A stretch of DNA of 22,373 bases from Candidatus Omnitrophota bacterium (GCA_043803685.1 JAZDJU010000016.1:1-22373), one strand, 5' to 3'; shown: positions 9,344-18,567, numbered from the stretch's first letter. Program-made: numbers and translations. Notes: a model not told the origin generated them from the letters alone.

Positions 9344-9509
9344 CTTTAAAATAAAAGAATTTTAATACTCCACAACTAATAGGGCCGAATGAAGATCGTC
9401 CATGCTATATATAGGCTGTTTGTGGAATTATTTTTTAGTAAACATGCTGATAGGACGATACCCTTAGCGCAGAAGCTCATGGAAATATGAGACGCGAGGA
9501 GAAAGTATA

Positions 9510-9752
9510 ATGACAATGTATGAGAAATTATGCGATTTGAAATACCGAAAGGGCGTTCCAACCTATGAGCTCCGGCACCGCTTCCCTCAGCATAGCAACC
9601 TTGTCAGCGAGGTCGCATTGCTAGAAATTCCGGAGAACACCCTGAAGGAATTAGTTCTGGAAGGAAAAATTTTGGAACGCCTGATGAGCCTAAAGAGGGC
9701 CGTTCTAAAGAATGGCTTGCTACAACAGAGCCCCAAAAAAACGCTGTGTTAA
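9510..9752 (+). CDS. Small hypothetical protein (80 aa)
   Basis: Strong RBS (GAGGAGA) before the ATG. Fills the gap divergent from the TPR gene and convergent with accA. Confidence 0.65.
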   Translation: MTMYEKLCDLKYRKGVPTYELRHRFPQHSNLVSEVALLEIPENTLKELVLEGKILERLMSLKRAVLKNGLLQQSPKKTLC

Positions 9753-9755
9753 AAC

Positions 9756-10808
9756 CTACTTTTCGCTAAAAACACCCATTTTCCGAAATTTTTGGTAGCG
9801 CAATTCCGGAAGATCTTTTCGCGGGATCTTTTTCAACTCTTCCAATGTTTCATTCACGACTTTCCGGATACTCTCCGCCGCGGCATTAAAATCGCGGTGA
9901 GCGCCGCCCAGAGGTTCCGGGATCACACCATCGATCACGCCAAGCCCCAAAAGGTCCGGACCTGTCAATTTAAGCGCGGTCGCCGCATCCGGTGCCCGCG
10001 TCGGCTCTTTCCACAGGATCGCAGCGCAACCTTCCGGAGAGATCACTGAATAATAGGCGTTCTCCATCACAAAGATCCTGTCCCCGACCCCGATCCCCAG
10101 AGCTCCGCCACTGCCGCCCTCCCCGATGACGATACAGATAATGGGGCACTTGAGTCCGCCCATCGCCCTGAGATTATAAGCAATAGCTTCGGCTTGACCT
10201 CGCTCTTCGGCACCAATGCCTGGATAGGCCCCGGGAGTATCAATAAAACACAGGATCGGAAGATTGTGTTTTGCAGCGATCTCCATGACGCGCATTGCCT
10301 TGCGATAACCTTCAGGATGTGCGCTTCCAAAACTACGCATTAGATTCTCTTTGGTATCGCGTCCCTTTTGATGGCCAATGATACAGATCGGTTCCCGACC
10401 CTCCCATTTCGCGATTCCCGTCACGATGGCGCGGTCGTCGCTAAAACGGCGATCTCCGTGGAGCTCGAGAAAATCCGTGGTCAAGTAATTCACGTAATCC
10501 AGCGTGTAAGGACGAAGGGGGTGACGCGCAACCTGGACGCGCTGCCACGGGGTCAGGTGATCAAAAATGGCCTGGATGGCTATTTCGAGTTTTTTTTCAG
10601 CGCTTTTGATCTCGCCCGAGAGATCGATGCCATCGTGGTTGATCTTGCGAAGTTCGTTGATCTTTCGCTCCATTTCCACGACCGGTTTTTCGAAAGCGAG
10701 GCAAGTGTCAAATATGTCGCGCGTGCCAAGCTTGATCCTTTCTTTGAGGTCTGTCGGTGCGCTCGTCTCTTTTCTGACGAGCTTTTTCTTCTTCATCTTT
10801 TTTGACAT
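9756..10808 (-). CDS. accA: Acetyl-CoA carboxylase carboxyltransferase subunit alpha
   Basis: LTPWQRVQVARHPLRP, ELHGDR, GHQKGRDTKEN, PEGYRKA, DTPGAYPG, GEGGSGGA, YSVISPEGCAAILW. Confidence 0.98.
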   Translation of the reverse strand: MSKKMKKKKLVRKETSAPTDLKERIKLGTRDIFDTCLAFEKPVVEMERKINELRKINHDGIDLSGEIKSAEKKLEIAIQAIFDHLTPWQRVQVARHPLRPYTLDYVNYLTTDFLELHGDRRFSDDRAIVTGIAKWEGREPICIIGHQKGRDTKENLMRSFGSAHPEGYRKAMRVMEIAAKHNLPILCFIDTPGAYPGIGAEERGQAEAIAYNLRAMGGLKCPIICIVIGEGGSGGALGIGVGDRIFVMENAYYSVISPEGCAAILWKEPTRAPDAATALKLTGPDLLGLGVIDGVIPEPLGGAHRDFNAAAESIRKVVNETLEELKKIPRKDLPELRYQKFRKMGVFSEK

Positions 10809-10828
10809 TGGAACGGATCCCCTTTGAA

Positions 10829-11665
10829 TTAATCCTGGATAGTGACCTTCGTGCCGACAGGCACAACGCTATAAAGTTCTTCGACCTCTTCGTTCAGCAT
10901 GCGAATGCAGCCCTCGGAGGCCTGAGTGCCAATGCTTTTCGGTTCAATCGTCCCGTGAATTCCATAGCTCGGCTTATCGAACCCCATCCAACGCGTCCCA
11001 AGAGCGTTCTCGGGACTCCCGGGAGGAAGGATCGCTCCGGTCTTAAACCAGGTCGGATGGACCAGCTTGTCCGTGATCTTGAATTCTCCGACGGGTGTAC
11101 AGTTCTTTTTCCCAGTCGCTACGGAGTATTTTTTCACCGCTTCGCCATTCGAAAAAAGGATCAACACGTTCTTGGATTTGTCTATTTCGATCGAAAAGGG
11201 CGCGGTATGGATCTTGAGTTTCATTTTAGGATAAATGCTGTCGCTTTTGAGGCCATTGATCTTTTTAATGAGGTCGACGGTCGTTTTGTTTTTTTTCGCG
11301 AGGATATAAAGCCTGTCACCGGACTTCACGGTATAGGCGATGCTGTCTGGGGTTATTTCTTTTGAAAAGAGGGTCTTCCAACGCCGCTGCAGCTCCGCCG
11401 AGTTGAGCGCGGAAGCATCCTCGGGTATCCGAGGCTTTACCTGAACGACTTCAGATTTAACAGCCGGCGCGACGTTTTCCTTCCTTTCATCGCTTGAAAC
11501 TGCGGCGACCACCGCGGATTTTTCCGCGACTGCGTCTTGGGAAGGTTTGGTCGCAACTGCTGATTTCTCCCCCGCGTCTTGAGTGTCGGTTTCAACCGCC
11601 AAAGCCGTGGCCGGCATTAAAAATGCCGCGAGCACCAAAACGCCCAGGAGCTGTATCTTTTTCAT
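10829..11665 (-). CDS. LysM-containing L,D-transpeptidase (YkuD family)
   Basis: Signal peptide, LysM (YTVKSGD.L..LAKK..TTVD.IKKINGL), and catalytic YGIHGT...IG..ASEGCIRM. Confidence 0.93.
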   Translation of the reverse strand: MKKIQLLGVLVLAAFLMPATALAVETDTQDAGEKSAVATKPSQDAVAEKSAVVAAVSSDERKENVAPAVKSEVVQVKPRIPEDASALNSAELQRRWKTLFSKEITPDSIAYTVKSGDRLYILAKKNKTTVDLIKKINGLKSDSIYPKMKLKIHTAPFSIEIDKSKNVLILFSNGEAVKKYSVATGKKNCTPVGEFKITDKLVHPTWFKTGAILPPGSPENALGTRWMGFDKPSYGIHGTIEPKSIGTQASEGCIRMLNEEVEELYSVVPVGTKVTIQD

Positions 11666-11675
11666 GTCTGCTCTC

Positions 11676-12128
11676 TCATTTGCAAAAAAGAATGGCGAGC
11701 CCGATCCCCAAAAAAGCTCCGGCGATGACCTCGACCGGCGTGTGACCCAGAAGCTCTTTTAAGCGTTTTTCGGGAACAGCGCCCTTTGAATAAAACTCGT
11801 CCACCATCTCATTGAGGATCTTCCCCTGCCATCCCAGATGCCGGCGAACCCCTGCGGCATCGAACATGGTAATAAGACACAGGATCAAACCCATCAGGAA
11901 GGGGATACTCTTAAAGCCGTAATAAAGCCCTACGACAGTCGCAAGGCTTGCCACGGTTGCGGAGTGCGCGCTCGGCATCCCGCCCGTATCGAAAAGCCAG
12001 CGAACATCGAATTTTTTCTTGCTCGCGCCACCCAAGATCACTTTGAGCGCCTGCGCCACGAACCAGCTTAGAAAGACGGCGACGAAAGCTTTTTCGCTAT
12101 GGAACGGAGGATTTAAAATTGCGAACAT
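11676..12128 (-). CDS. Divergent PAP2 family protein (DUF212)
   Basis: AQALK, TGGMPSAHSA, MFDAAGVRR, LKELLGHTPVEV. Confidence 0.93.
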   Translation of the reverse strand: MFAILNPPFHSEKAFVAVFLSWFVAQALKVILGGASKKKFDVRWLFDTGGMPSAHSATVASLATVVGLYYGFKSIPFLMGLILCLITMFDAAGVRRHLGWQGKILNEMVDEFYSKGAVPEKRLKELLGHTPVEVIAGAFLGIGLAILFCK

Positions 12129-12156
12129 AGATCCTTTGGAAAAGACCGAAAAAGAG

Positions 12157-12195
12157 TTGACGTTTCTTTTATTTATGATGTATCATCATAAATAA
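12157..12195 (+). promoter_or_regulatory. Sigma-70 promoter toward comM overlapped by a perfect 12-bp inverted repeat
   Basis: TTGACG (12157-12162), 18 bp, TATCAT (12181-12186). Dyad TTATTTATGATG-TAT-CATCATAAATAA (12169-12195). Confidence 0.6.
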
Positions 12196-12244
12196 TATTA
12201 ATTAAACATATTTCAGAGTGCCTCTTCCCATGAACGAGGAAGTC

Positions 12245-12273
12245 ATTATAGGTTTAGCTCATTTAAAAAGCAA
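12245..12273 (-). promoter_or_regulatory. Sigma-70 promoter for the DUF212-LDT-accA operon
   Basis: Minus strand TTGCTT (12273-12268), 17 bp, TATAAT (12250-12245). Confidence 0.6.
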
Positions 12274-12309
12274 GATTGTTTCTTGAGACAAAAAGGAGGT
12301 TTTGTCCCC

Positions 12310-13821
12310 ATGATACGTATTAAAAGTGCGTTTGCCGTAGGGATCCACGCGTTCCCCGTAGATATCGAAGTGGATATCAGCCATGGCCTGCCCCAGTTGA
12401 TCCTGGTGGGCCTTCCGGACACAAGCATTAAGGAAGCCCGCGAAAGGGTCCGCACAGCGCTCAAGAACAGCGGGTTTCAGGTCCCGCCGGACAAGATCAC
12501 GATCAGCCTCGCTCCCGCGGACATCAAGAAAGAAGGCGCCGCATTCGATTTCCCTATTGCCATGGGAATTCTGGCTTGCCACGGCATCCTTCCTCCAGAA
12601 AAAATTGCCGGTCATGTCTTTCTCGGAGAATTAGCCCTGGACGGGGAGTTGCGGCCCATGAGAGGCGTGATCGCGATCACCACGGGCCTGAAAAATTCCT
12701 CATTCGTTCTGCCGGCAGAAAACGGCGAAGAGGCGGCTCTCGCCAAAGGTTCGGCGATCTATCCCGTCAGAAATCTTAAAGAGGCCGTGGCTTTCCTTCT
12801 GGGTGAGAATAAGATCGAACCGCTTCCGAGCACCCTCTATAAAAACAAGCCGCCTTCCGCGAACTTGCCCGACTTTTCCGAAGTCCGCGGCCAGCAAGCT
12901 GCCAAGCGAGCTATGGAGGTCGCAGTCGCGGGAAATCATAAAATTCTTTTCGTCGGCCCACCCGGCAGCGGAAAAACCATGCTCGCCAAACGCATCCCGA
13001 GCCTGCTTCCTCCCATGGATATCGAGGAGGCGCTCGAGATCACAAAAATCCATAGTGTGGCGGGCCTTGCTCCACACGGAGGTTCGCTTCTCTGTGAAAG
13101 ACCTTTCCGCTCACCCCATTACACCGCTTCGGCGATCGCCCTCACGGGAGGCGGTCCCTCTCCAAGGCCCGGAGAAATGTCTCTTTCGCATGGCGGCGTC
13201 CTTTTCCTGGACGAACTTCCGGAATTCCGTCGTGACGCGCTAGAAGCTCTTCGCGGGCCGCTCGAAGATGGCTGCATCACAATCTCACGCGCCAAAAGCC
13301 AGGCCACTTTCCCGGCAAACTTTTTGCTGGTGGCCGCCATGAACCCCTGCATGTGCGGATTCCTGGGGGACTCTCGCAAAACGTGCCGCTGTTCCCTCGG
13401 GCAGATCCATAAATATCAATCCAAGATCTCCGGCCCGATCCTTGACAGAATCGATATTCATATCGAAGTGCCGGCATTATCGTTCCAGACGCTTGTGAGC
13501 CAGGAACCCGCGGAGAGTTCGGCTGTGATCCGGGAACGGATCTGCGAATGCCGGAAGATCCAACGATCACGCTATCGCATGCGTTCTTATAAAACGAATT
13601 CTCAGATGAATCCCAAAGATATCAAAGAGTTCGCGACCCCCGATCTTCAAGGGCGCAAGCTCGTCGAGATGGCGATGAAAGAACTGCGCCTATCCGCGCG
13701 GGCTTATTACAAGATCCTCAAAATCGCCCGAACGATCAGCGACTTAGCAGGCTGCGAGCAGGTCCAGTCCGGACATATTGCAGAGGCGATTCAGTATCGG
13801 AGTCTGGATAGGCAATGGTGA
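12310..13821 (+). CDS. comM: YifB/ComM Mg-chelatase-like AAA+ ATPase
   Basis: VGLPD..IKEARERVR, GELALDG, GPPGSGKTMLA, RPFRSPH, GVLFLDELPEF, AAMNPC.CG, DRIDIH, LSARAY.KILKIARTI.DL. ATG 12310 after AGGAGG. Confidence 0.96.
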   Translation: MIRIKSAFAVGIHAFPVDIEVDISHGLPQLILVGLPDTSIKEARERVRTALKNSGFQVPPDKITISLAPADIKKEGAAFDFPIAMGILACHGILPPEKIAGHVFLGELALDGELRPMRGVIAITTGLKNSSFVLPAENGEEAALAKGSAIYPVRNLKEAVAFLLGENKIEPLPSTLYKNKPPSANLPDFSEVRGQQAAKRAMEVAVAGNHKILFVGPPGSGKTMLAKRIPSLLPPMDIEEALEITKIHSVAGLAPHGGSLLCERPFRSPHYTASAIALTGGGPSPRPGEMSLSHGGVLFLDELPEFRRDALEALRGPLEDGCITISRAKSQATFPANFLLVAAMNPCMCGFLGDSRKTCRCSLGQIHKYQSKISGPILDRIDIHIEVPALSFQTLVSQEPAESSAVIRERICECRKIQRSRYRMRSYKTNSQMNPKDIKEFATPDLQGRKLVEMAMKELRLSARAYYKILKIARTISDLAGCEQVQSGHIAEAIQYRSLDRQW

Positions 13822-13840
13822 AGTTAAAGCAATGAGTTCC

Positions 13841-13902
13841 AATACAGAGACGGTTCTCAGTAACTTATGTGATAGCAATCAATTACAGGGGAACCGTCCC
13901 TG
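13841..13902. repeat. Left REP doublet (REPIN-like) flanking the RAYT
   Basis: cagagacggttctc (13845-13858) inverted to gggaaccgtccctg (13889-13902). Confidence 0.75.
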
Positions 13903-13904
13903 AC

Positions 13905-14381
13905 ATGACGCTCAGATCTTCGAGATCCCAGTTGTCAGCGTATACTTATTTTCAGATTTGCGGCAGAGGAAACAACGGCCAAAATATCTTCGCCTCCGAA
14001 AAAGATTTTTCACGCTACCTCTTCCTGATCGAAAAGCATTCCGGACATTACTCCCTTCAATGTTTCGCCTATTGTCTGATGGATAATCATGCGCACATGT
14101 TATTTCGCACGCCGTCAACGCAGGTCTTATCAAAAGCAATGCACACCATGCAGGTTGCCTACGCTATGTATTTCAATCGCAAATATGAACACCGGAGTCA
14201 CCTTTCCCAGGGTCGGCTTTCGAGCTGGGTAATTATGGATGAATCTCATCTTTTATCCACCAAGGAATACATCGAGAACAATCCAGTTAAGGCAGGAATA
14301 ACGGCTCAAAGCGAAGATTACGCCCGGAGCAGCACTTTTAGGAACGGTTCTTGTGTAACCCTAAGCCGAATCATATGTTAG
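13905..14381 (+). mobile_element. REP-associated tyrosine transposase (RAYT, Y1/IS200-like HUH), possibly decaying
   Basis: RGNNGQNIF, AYCLMDNHAH (HUH), YFNRKY..R.HL.QGR, YIENNPVKAG (catalytic Tyr). Several normally conserved residues are altered (YARSS for YxWSS). Confidence 0.85.
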
Positions 14382-14400
14382 CAAGAACCGTCCCTGTATT
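14340..14400. repeat. Right REP doublet (REPIN-like) flanking the RAYT
   Basis: aggaacggttcttg (14340-14353) inverted to caagaaccgtccct (14382-14395). The outermost arms 13841-13857 and 14384-14400 match at 16/17. Confidence 0.75.
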
Positions 14401-14402
14401 TT

Positions 14403-15030
14403 TATGGGGGTTCGGGAGAACCGAGACCGGCTTTGCGATCGAGCACCGCCGCAAAGATTATTTGCTATTCACCCAACGCAGACACTCGCACGGATTCGAA
14501 GGCCCGCCGATTGGAAGGACCCCGTACGTCTTGAAGAGAGCCTGGAGAAAAGCCTCGGGTGCCTGCACACCGATCATATCGATCTTTTTCAGCTGCACAG
14601 TTGTCCATGGGAGGTCCTGAAAAAGAAACAACGATGCTGTGCTTTATGTGGTCCGGGGCGGGTTTTTGACACATGCCACCTCTCTGTCAATCTCGCGGAT
14701 CAGAGTGCCATCAACTTCATTTTCCTGCCGCAGCGAGACAAGGTATGGGTGTGATCGCGAAGCGGCCGCTCGCGCCAATATGGCCTGGCGGTACAGAGAC
14801 CGGCCAATCGAGTAGCATGCGCCTTATTGGGAGCTTTTTAAAAACTGGATTATGCTTTTCTAAGAACCTCGGAGAGCGAGGCTGTGGCAACGGCCCTCAG
14901 GTTCACATTTAGCGTGCCCGGCGTCTCTGTTGCGATCGCCAACGAGGAGCGTCGGGATGCCCGTCACTACGAGGCCATTCGCCGCCGTTGGCAAGAGGCC
15001 GCGCAGACAAACTGGTTCGGCCAGGTTTAA
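14403..15030 (+). pseudogene. Aldo/keto reductase pseudogene
   Basis: Fragments in different frames: AIEHRRKDYLLFT, LEESLEKSLGCLHTDHIDLFQLHSC, SVNLADQ, GMGVIAKRPLA, ALRFTFSVPGVSVAI, YEAIRRRWQE...WFGQV*. Confidence 0.8.
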
Positions 15031-15273
15031 GGGGAGCAGGCATTTCCCTCTAATCCCACAGGAGTTCTCCACCCTTACGGGTGGGGTTCTTCATAATAAA
15101 GCGTTGCCTTGGAAAAGTTAAGACCGGCCCCTTGCCAGAACTTAAAAGACCCCCTGCAGTTCCTTTATAGAAAGAAGCGGTGATTTAAAGAGGTTGCTTA
15201 GCTCGACCCCTCGCAAGCGAGCATCTTCCTGCGAGAGGGGAATGTGCTAAAACGCCGGGAGATCTATCTCGGC

Positions 15274-15302
15274 AAAACCGCGCCATTTCAGCGCGGCTTT
15301 TT
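15274..15302 (+). terminator. Putative intrinsic terminator
   Basis: aaaa-CCGCGC-catttca-GCGCGG-cttttt. Confidence 0.5.
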
Positions 15303-15366
15303 CCGTTTCGTTCGTGCCGCTCAAAAAAAATTCAGGGGGGGAATAATTTCGTATAATGCTTGCCGT

Positions 15367-16881
15367 ATGCAGCCATCCTTGCTTAAAAAGATCATTTTTT
15401 CTCTTGTCACAGTCCTCGCTTTTTTCTTTCTCCTGGAAATGGGCGCCCGTTTCGTGGTGTTAATCGAGTCTTGGCATCATGGCGAAGGTTCGCGCGTTCG
15501 AAAGCAACAATCAAAATCTACCGGATCGGAGTTCGTCGTTTTTGTTTATGGTGAATCGACCGTTTTCGGAAAGCCGCTGCCGGAGGTAGGTTTTGTCAAG
15601 CAGTTCGAATTCTATTTTGGAAAGCTATTACCTCAAAAAAAAATCCGGGTGGTCAATTTCGGGGTTCCTGGGATGTCATCGACCGGGGTTCTTGAAACGC
15701 TCAAGCGAACAATTTCTCAGAAACCAGATCTTGCGGTCATCCTGGTGGGGCATAATGATCTGTTGGATCCCCGGGCGCGGCCGCCTCGCTTGCCCCTTGT
15801 TTTTCAGCAAAAAAGCGTGTTTGTGCGAGAGCTCAGCAGGTTTTGGACGTCTCTCTACATAAAATATTTCTCGACCCGGCAGGAAAAGCTTTTGCGTGAT
15901 TATAACCGGATCATTCAGAAGACTTCTCGACGGAAGATACACGTGTATTTCAGCAATCTTTCGGAAATGGTCGCGGTGACGGCCCGGGAACGGGTCCCTC
16001 TTCTGTTAGGTACGCTTCCGTATAACCGGTTCTGGCCGCCAACTTATTATGAAAAAGCAGAGACCGCCAAGGATTTCAAAGAACTTATCCTAAGAGCGCA
16101 CGGCCTTTTGGAGCAGGGCAAGGTCCCTCAGGCCAGGGAGATCCTGGAAGGGCTTCTTGAAAAGGATGGCACCATTCCGCTCGTTTTGTATTTACTGGGA
16201 CGTTGCTGTGACGTTCTGGGGGATTATAAGAAAGCCGAGGCTTATTTGAGTGCCGCGAAAGAATTCGACGAATACCGGATACGGGTCCCGGATGCTTTCA
16301 ATGAATTCATCCGTCAGATTGCGGATCAAAGAGGCGTTTACCTCGTGGATGTCGAGCGGGAGTTCCAACGTCAAAGCCCGCACGGTCTCATCGGTTATGA
16401 ACTCGTCGCTGACAATTGCCATCCGACGCCGCTTGGGAGTTTTTATATTGTTTCCGCGATCCTTCGCGCCCTGGGCGAGAACAGTCTTGTGCAAGGCAAG
16501 GTCTTGCCCGATCCGGTCTCACTTCTGCCGGAGCCATTTTTAAAGGAGGCTGGATTTTCGAAAAAAAACTCCGGACTTGCCAAGGCCTACGCGATGCGGA
16601 ACGCCTCCTATCATCTCAGAAGGTACAATCCGGCCGGTGATTATCTGCCCTATAAGTATCGCAAGGCGCGCGAGTTTCTGGATGAAGCCTTACGGATCGA
16701 TCCGGATGATTGGGTGGTTTGGGCCGAACTAGCGGCGGTATCGTTTTTTTCCGGGGATATCCCGAGGGGGAAGAAAGAACTTCAAAGGGCCAAATCACTT
16801 AGCGGCGGTATGATCGATTTTGACAACGAAAGAGTTCCGGGGCTTCGAGCCGCCGCGGATCTGGCTGGCGTAAAGGTCTGA
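15367..16881 (+). CDS. Membrane-anchored SGNH/GDSL hydrolase with TPR repeats
   Basis: N-terminal TM (LEMGARF), block I YGEST, VVNFGVPG, GHND, DNCHPT, and TPR segments. ATG 15367 preferred over the GTG at 15244 because a terminator-like hairpin and a TATAAT (15352) lie between them. Confidence 0.85.
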   Translation: MQPSLLKKIIFSLVTVLAFFFLLEMGARFVVLIESWHHGEGSRVRKQQSKSTGSEFVVFVYGESTVFGKPLPEVGFVKQFEFYFGKLLPQKKIRVVNFGVPGMSSTGVLETLKRTISQKPDLAVILVGHNDLLDPRARPPRLPLVFQQKSVFVRELSRFWTSLYIKYFSTRQEKLLRDYNRIIQKTSRRKIHVYFSNLSEMVAVTARERVPLLLGTLPYNRFWPPTYYEKAETAKDFKELILRAHGLLEQGKVPQAREILEGLLEKDGTIPLVLYLLGRCCDVLGDYKKAEAYLSAAKEFDEYRIRVPDAFNEFIRQIADQRGVYLVDVEREFQRQSPHGLIGYELVADNCHPTPLGSFYIVSAILRALGENSLVQGKVLPDPVSLLPEPFLKEAGFSKKNSGLAKAYAMRNASYHLRRYNPAGDYLPYKYRKAREFLDEALRIDPDDWVVWAELAAVSFFSGDIPRGKKELQRAKSLSGGMIDFDNERVPGLRAAADLAGVKV

Positions 16882-18036
16882 GAAAGCCGGAGCCACGGAA
16901 CCTTTTTCTAAGTATTCCGCAATTGTTTTTGCCGCGATGGAGTGACCGAGATCATTAAAGTGGCACACATCGTTGTTGCCAAACAACACCTCTTGATAGT
17001 TCTTCTCGCTGAACGCATCCAGGGTGTCCAACACTTCTATCCCCATACTTTCCGCCAGTTCGTGCATGAACTTATGCAGAGGAAGATATTTATAATCTGA
17101 AAAATCAGATAGGACCGGAGTTAATAAAAGGATCAGGCGCAGCGAATGTTGTTGGCAATAATCTCTCAAACTGCGGAGAGCGCTCCAGTATTCATAAAAA
17201 TCCTCTTCATTGGGTTTTTTGTTCAGGAAACGAAGCTTCTTTTCGCCCTCACATTGTTTCATGCGTTCCCTGAAAACACCGAGCCAGCGCTTCGCTTGGG
17301 TGGCGGCCTGTGAAGTGGCATCCGGGAGAAAACCATCCGGATTTTCTTTGGCGGAGAACTGTTTCCGAAAATCGCGGCTCAAAAGATAACTTCTTTTAAA
17401 AAGTTGCGACTCTAAAATCAGGTTCACCGTAATTTCTTCCGCCACGGAATGCTTCAAAACAAAAGAACAGTAAAACTCCCAGATCTTGGCCCTTATCGAG
17501 TCGTCGCTGGTGTTAAGCAGGAATTTCTGCCGGCGATCGCAACCGTATCTGTGGAAATCATTGAACCAATAACCGTAGATCACGATATCTGGTTTATATC
17601 CCGCCACTTTTTCTTTGAAACGCTCGAGTATCTGCACGGTGCCGTATCCTGGCACCCCAAAATTTAAAACTTCAAATCTTTTTTTCTCTTTGTTCAAGAG
17701 CGTTTCCAAGCGCTTGGCATAGGTCGTTTCTCTTTGAGACGCCCCCAGGCCCCAAGCGATGGAGTCCCCTATGACAGCGATACGCATCACATCGCGATCT
17801 TTATCTCTCGGATATTCGAAATCCCTGAAACCCGCCGAATTAGTTTCTCGGGTGTTAGGCCTGAGCTCATAACCGATTCTATTGTTGTCGGATATCCGGT
17901 AAAAAAATGGCACTGGTTTTTCGATGAATGTGAAGTCTACGGGGAAAAAGGCCCTTAAAATGAATTCCGAGATCAAAAGCAAAAAAATAAGATAAAGTAC
18001 GAAAACACTATATCTAACGAGCTTATGCCGGGACAT
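16795..18036 (-). CDS. Membrane-anchored SGNH/GDSL hydrolase
   Basis: SEFILR, NSAGFRD, IAVIGDSIAWG, VLNFGVPGYG, FND, DVCHFNDLGH. Confidence 0.9.
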   Translation of the reverse strand: MSRHKLVRYSVFVLYLIFLLLISEFILRAFFPVDFTFIEKPVPFFYRISDNNRIGYELRPNTRETNSAGFRDFEYPRDKDRDVMRIAVIGDSIAWGLGASQRETTYAKRLETLLNKEKKRFEVLNFGVPGYGTVQILERFKEKVAGYKPDIVIYGYWFNDFHRYGCDRRQKFLLNTSDDSIRAKIWEFYCSFVLKHSVAEEITVNLILESQLFKRSYLLSRDFRKQFSAKENPDGFLPDATSQAATQAKRWLGVFRERMKQCEGEKKLRFLNKKPNEEDFYEYWSALRSLRDYCQQHSLRLILLLTPVLSDFSDYKYLPLHKFMHELAESMGIEVLDTLDAFSEKNYQEVLFGNNDVCHFNDLGHSIAAKTIAEYLEKGSVAPAFSDLYASQIRGGSKPRNSFVVKIDHTAAK

Positions 18037-18050
18037 TATTTTCCTGCAAC

Positions 18051-18388
18051 CTATCGTGGAATCTTGGGTTCAACAAATAAAATACGGGTATTGGAACGGG
18101 CTACGGAAGCTACACTCCCGACAACAAGATACAACATGCCATTTTTATAATCGACAAAGTCGATCCGTCCTTGAACGACTTGTCCATAAAACCTTCGGTC
18201 AGGATTGTGAGGGGGCGAAGCCCTCTTTAGCCCATAATCCCCGCCAGTTTATCCCATTTAAGGGTTACCCAGGCATAGCCTCCGGATATTCATAGCTTGT
18301 ATAGAGCCCGTTCTTGTTGAATTTTTTATGAAATACAGGATTTCTCGGCCGCCATAGAAACCATGGCGGCGAGTAACAAATCCTTGTT
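18051..18388 (-). pseudogene. Frameshifted remnant of an unknown protein (copy 1)
   Basis: TRICYSPPWFLWRPRNPVFHKKFNKNGLY, then other-frame segments ending ...GRIDFVDYKNGMLYLVVG...PKIPR*. Paralogous to 19924-20017. Confidence 0.55.
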
Positions 18389-18506
18389 CGGATACTTAAG
18401 ATCGCCCGAACGATCAGCGATCTGGCAGGATGTGAACAGATCCCAGTCCGAGCATATCGCAGAGGCGATTCAATATCGGAGTCTGGACAGGCAATGGTGC
18501 GGGTGA
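18389..18506 (+). pseudogene. Displaced duplicate of the comM 3' end
   Basis: RILKIARTISDLAGCEQI[+1 nt]QSEHIAEAIQYRSLDRQWCG* aligns to comM 13711-13821. Confidence 0.92.
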
Positions 18507-18567
18507 TTATCTCGTTGAAAATTGTGCCAAATTTCAAATAGCGCTCATCAAGATTCACTCTCAACGA

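Noticed and set aside
9360..9462. Sigma-28 promoter for the 80-aa ORF (GCCGAATG, GACGATAC)
   Set aside because: No properly spaced -35 element for either candidate -10.
14355..14385. dif-like site (ATATGTTAGC)
   Set aside because: Only a partial XerD-arm resemblance, with no XerC arm at the right spacing.
13841..14400. CRISPR array
   Set aside because: The repeats are short, inverted and flank a RAYT. There are no regularly spaced direct repeats and no cas genes.
13822..18388. Prophage or ICE at comM
   Set aside because: No integrase, relaxase, conjugation or phage genes between the comM repeats.
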